DNA of 64,000 nucleotides from Yuukianura sp. NJ FZ-2021 (Eukaryota): NCBI GenBank assembly GCA_046563655.1, contig CM102290.1, positions 12,772,001 to 12,836,000 of the forward strand, read 5' to 3'. Shown piece by piece: positions 60,354 to 64,000 of this stretch (position 1 is its first letter; each line of letters starts with the position of its first letter). The notes under the pieces were generated by a model. It saw only the letters and a program-made list of their open reading frames with translations, ran no database searches and was not told where the DNA came from. The position numbers and the translations under genes were made by a program.

Positions 60354-61111
60354 ACAAGGAGGGGGTGTGTCCAGTATAATCGACACAAAACTGGAGTTCA
60401 AAACAGAAGACAACCACGATTTGGTTACATCACAGCCAGTCCCATTCTTCGTCATCACTGCTTACAAAATCCACTTCAAAAGGAGTGCAGAGATCGAAGG
60501 TTATCTGCCCCTTGCTACTGCGCAGTCTCAGCCTCCGTCTTTTCCAACACTATGTTTATCGGCTAAAGGAATGCAATAATTTACACTTAACGTCGCATTG
60601 TTTTTGTAGTTACGACTGTATTTGGTTTCGCATTTAGTAATTGAGATTCATCACTTTGTTGTAAATGCTGCTGGGCTAAACATTTGAATTGTTTCTCGAC
60701 TGTATAAGATAGCAGTTTTAAGTTTTCTCCTCTTTTTTTTTTGATACAACGAACATAGTTACTATTTCCATTTAATTTTATGCTTACTATTTATGAGGAT
60801 TACTTTTCTTATGAGAATAACGATACTGGAAGGAATGGCAAGGCAAAAGGAAGTCGTTGGACTCTCTAATTTAACATGTTTTAAACTACTAAGTTAACAA
60901 AACCAAGTAATCTTTCTGTTGTAAACTGACCGAAACTGGTAAAAAACGGTTTAGTTAATATTTTTCTCTGTCGCAAAGTTAATATTTTTCAGCTGTCAGT
61001 TAAATTGTTTAACTTATCTTACACTCAATGACGGCGGTGAAGGCACTAAATAAATAAAATCTCAAATTCAAAAAAAGAGCGCCGTTAATCGTCAATTTGA
61101 AGTTAAAGTGA

Positions 61112-64000
61112 TTAACCCAGTGGAATGAAGGCATCACGAGATGTCATGGCATACAATCGACTAAGATTCTCGACTAGGTTTGATACTACTGCTTTATCAG
61201 CGTTATGATTATGCAGGAATCCAGTGTGACGGTCATTGCAGTAGACGTATTTGGACATGTAGTCCAGGACGAACTGCATGGAAGACGGAGTAGAACGTTG
61301 AGTCTTGATGGATTCGTCTATACGTTTGTACGGTTGAAATAGAATGAGCCTCTGTCGTCTTAACTTCAACTCTTTTTGGTAAAGTGGAGCCGTTCCAGGC
61401 AATACTTTGACTTTGTAGCCTGCTTTCTCTAGAAGTGGAATGTACTTTTCTGGATGGTAAATGTAGTCGATCCGTTTCTGTCGAAAAGTTTCATATAGTA
61501 ACGACGAGTCAAACTTAGCGTAGGAACAGTTTGGGATTGAGCGTTGAAATTCTTGGACTATCGTCTGATGTGGATATGGCATGGATATGTAATCAGCCAC
61601 TTCTGGAATCTGGCCTTGATTTGCTTGAACAGCAGCAGATCGAAAAATTCCTTTCATTGTGGTCGGAGGTGTTGGTACGTTTTGCTGACCTCTGTCCAGA
61701 AAGAACTCGTTTAGCATAGTAGTCTGATTATATGAAACGTCGAAAGTGTCAACTCCACCATTTGTAGGTTGTGCAACTTCATCTAAAAATGAAAACAGAG
61801 AACGTAAGAATGAATTAGCACACGAGGAATTTATGTGACTACAGCTGTTGCAGTTTTAAACTCACCATGTACGGCATAGCGGAGACTGAAATCGTGGGCC
61901 CGTGTCAGATTCGGAGGTTTTCCAAACAAAAATGACATGGGAGTCATTCCTTCTTGCTGCACAAACGTTGATCGGTAGCGTATATGACGAAACCACTCCT
62001 TGATGTCAAATAGTTCGGACCAATTGGAACGAGGATCAGGCTTTCCAGTCTTCATCGCTTTTGAAAGGATTTCATTCACCTTTGAAGCGAATCGGGACTG
62101 GTGCTTTTCCGTGTGATCGTCCAGTCCAAACAAAAACCGAAGTAGTAAAGTAATCAATGCAGTGATTCTGATTTCAATCAGGAAATTTAGTCCAGGGGAA
62201 ACTTTTTCCTGCCGCAAATCTTGTGTGTCTTCGATGTCTGAGAACATTCGGTGCATTTGTAGCACAAACAGTTCGAATTCAACTACAAATAATCAATTCA
62301 TGTAAACACTCTGAATATAGATGACGTTTGATGTACTAAACAGTCTTTCTTACGTGGCAGCGACGAGTCGTGAGTAAACTTCGGCAGGAACTCTTCAAAC
62401 TTTGGACACAAAAATCGTTTCACCCCGAGATAATCCAAATATATTTGAATTTCCCGACACAATTTCACAGGGTTCATGTTTTGCAAAAGACCCTTCGTAA
62501 TCGTATCATATGAAGCATCAATCTCCAGATTATCTTCCGAAGTCGGATCAATACCGGGAGCAGATTTTACACTTAACGTCCCATCGATAGTTAATCTGTA
62601 AGTAAAATTAAAAACAGAGTTTTAAGTTAGGTATTGGTCCTTACATTGCTTTAGAATTGTGGAAACCGATAGACAGTAATAAGTCACCTTATAAAATCCG
62701 AAAATACGACGCGGCACCCAATTTGACGACACGCGATGAAAAGTATAATTAAAATCCCTTGTAAACCAAGTCTCTCGTGTCGGAAAAATGATTTTGTAAC
62801 TCTTCCTCCTAACACCGAAAGGTGCGATGGCCTGGTAATACAAAGCCGATGTCTGGGTAAAAGGATCTTGAACAGCTTTTTAACGCTTGGTGTAAACGTG
62901 GGGGTGACTTTACTGTTTGCGTTCCGTTGTCCTTGTTCTGGAACTATTCCCTCCAAGTCGTTCTGGTTTTGGGATTCCAAGTAAGTTGACTCGAAGGCTT
63001 TGCTCTAATTAATTAAAAATACTAATTTGAGGCCAGGAAAATAACGTCAGCAAAGTTTACGAAACATTTACGCAATCAGCAGTTTAAAATAACGTTCGTT
63101 CTTTTCAAATTCAAGAGCCACACTCACCTTTGATTTTGTTGCTCTCCGGCTGATTGATGCGTTAGTACCCGTTGTTAGTCTAATTCTAGACTTTTTCTTC
63201 CTTTTACTTTTCAGTTGCCAATTGAACAATGCCCGCAAGTTCCTGATAACAAACAGTGAGAGAGAATTTTAGAGTGAGTAAAAATCGGGTCATGGAAAAA
63301 AATCATACGGTCTGTCTTTAACTCCACGAACTGCACAGCAGTAAGCGTGCAATACTAATCTAATAAGTAAGATTACAATATGAACCTGACTTTCTACCCT
63401 TACCACTTGGTTTCTTCTGCAGTGACCAGGAACCCCGAGGTAGATGTTTTATCGTTTTCGTACGATTGACGAACAAGAATACCTCGTCTTAACAGGTAAG
63501 CCTTCCATAGCTGGAAAACTTTCTCTCGCAGAAGTGCAGGAAATCCAATGTTGATTAGTTTCTCAGTCATGGTCTTCAGAATCTTGTTACTGGTTTCCCA
63601 AGTAGTGAATAAAACTTTCTCCTTTCCTAAAAACCAAAAACTACAATTGTTGATCGATAAGTTTAGATTATTAAGCTAGACAGTACAAAGGCAACGAATT
63701 TCAAATTCTTACCTGACGACTTCTTGTTTTCAGCCTTTCCGGCTAATACCGCGGCACGAGTAGACTGCGCAGCTAATCTAACTTGCTCGCCCTCGTCGGC
63801 AGCATATTCTCTCGTTTGCTAGTAAGAAGAACGTAGTGTGTTAGGCTTACTATGAGTATAAATCTTATATATATAACTTATAAATCCACAATTACTAACC
63901 TGTGACTGTGTATTACAAATAAGGCAGTAGTAGAACCCTCCTTCAGAATTGAACTGATCAGAGCCACAAATATCGCAAGAAATGCTTTGTCGAGCAGCCA
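61112..64000 (-). CDS. TAF1B: TATA-binding protein-associated factor RNA polymerase I subunit B (TAF1B/RRN7); start codon probably straddles the window edge
   Basis: N-terminal Zn ribbon CDICGSDQFNSEGGFYYCLICNTQSQ, then VFQLWKAYL, ILFIACRQIGCRVVFSDFIR and LLRFLFGLDDHTE. Confidence 0.88.

Overview
AT-rich eukaryotic genomic DNA with short (about 60-200 nt) GT-AG introns. It is probably an arthropod, judged from gene content; the species cannot be named from the sequence. No prokaryotic features, rRNA, tRNA or CRISPR were seen. Recognisable genes: the last exon of a two-pore-domain (K2P) potassium channel, a secreted thioredoxin/PDI-like gene, a MYND zinc-finger gene, ELYS/AHCTF1, an LHFPL-family tetraspan gene, NOP16, MSH4, a probable p33MONOX/KIAA1191-like gene and TAF1B/RRN7 (cut at the window edge). 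Several spliced orphan genes are also present, mostly in a dense island at 14.7-24.5 kb. Intergenic and intronic DNA holds many short non-autonomous elements: MITEs, Helentron/HINE-like elements and a nested foldback structure. The most notable points are a fungal-looking MYND gene (possible horizontal transfer) between diverged direct repeats, a non-canonical K2P filter (TISFG), a CXXS thioredoxin, a BLES03/DUF1917-like orphan, an alpha-pore-former-like orphan, an acidic beta-solenoid-like orphan and a nested duplication inside ELYS. All family calls come from recalled motifs, not database searches, and all gene models were spliced by hand.
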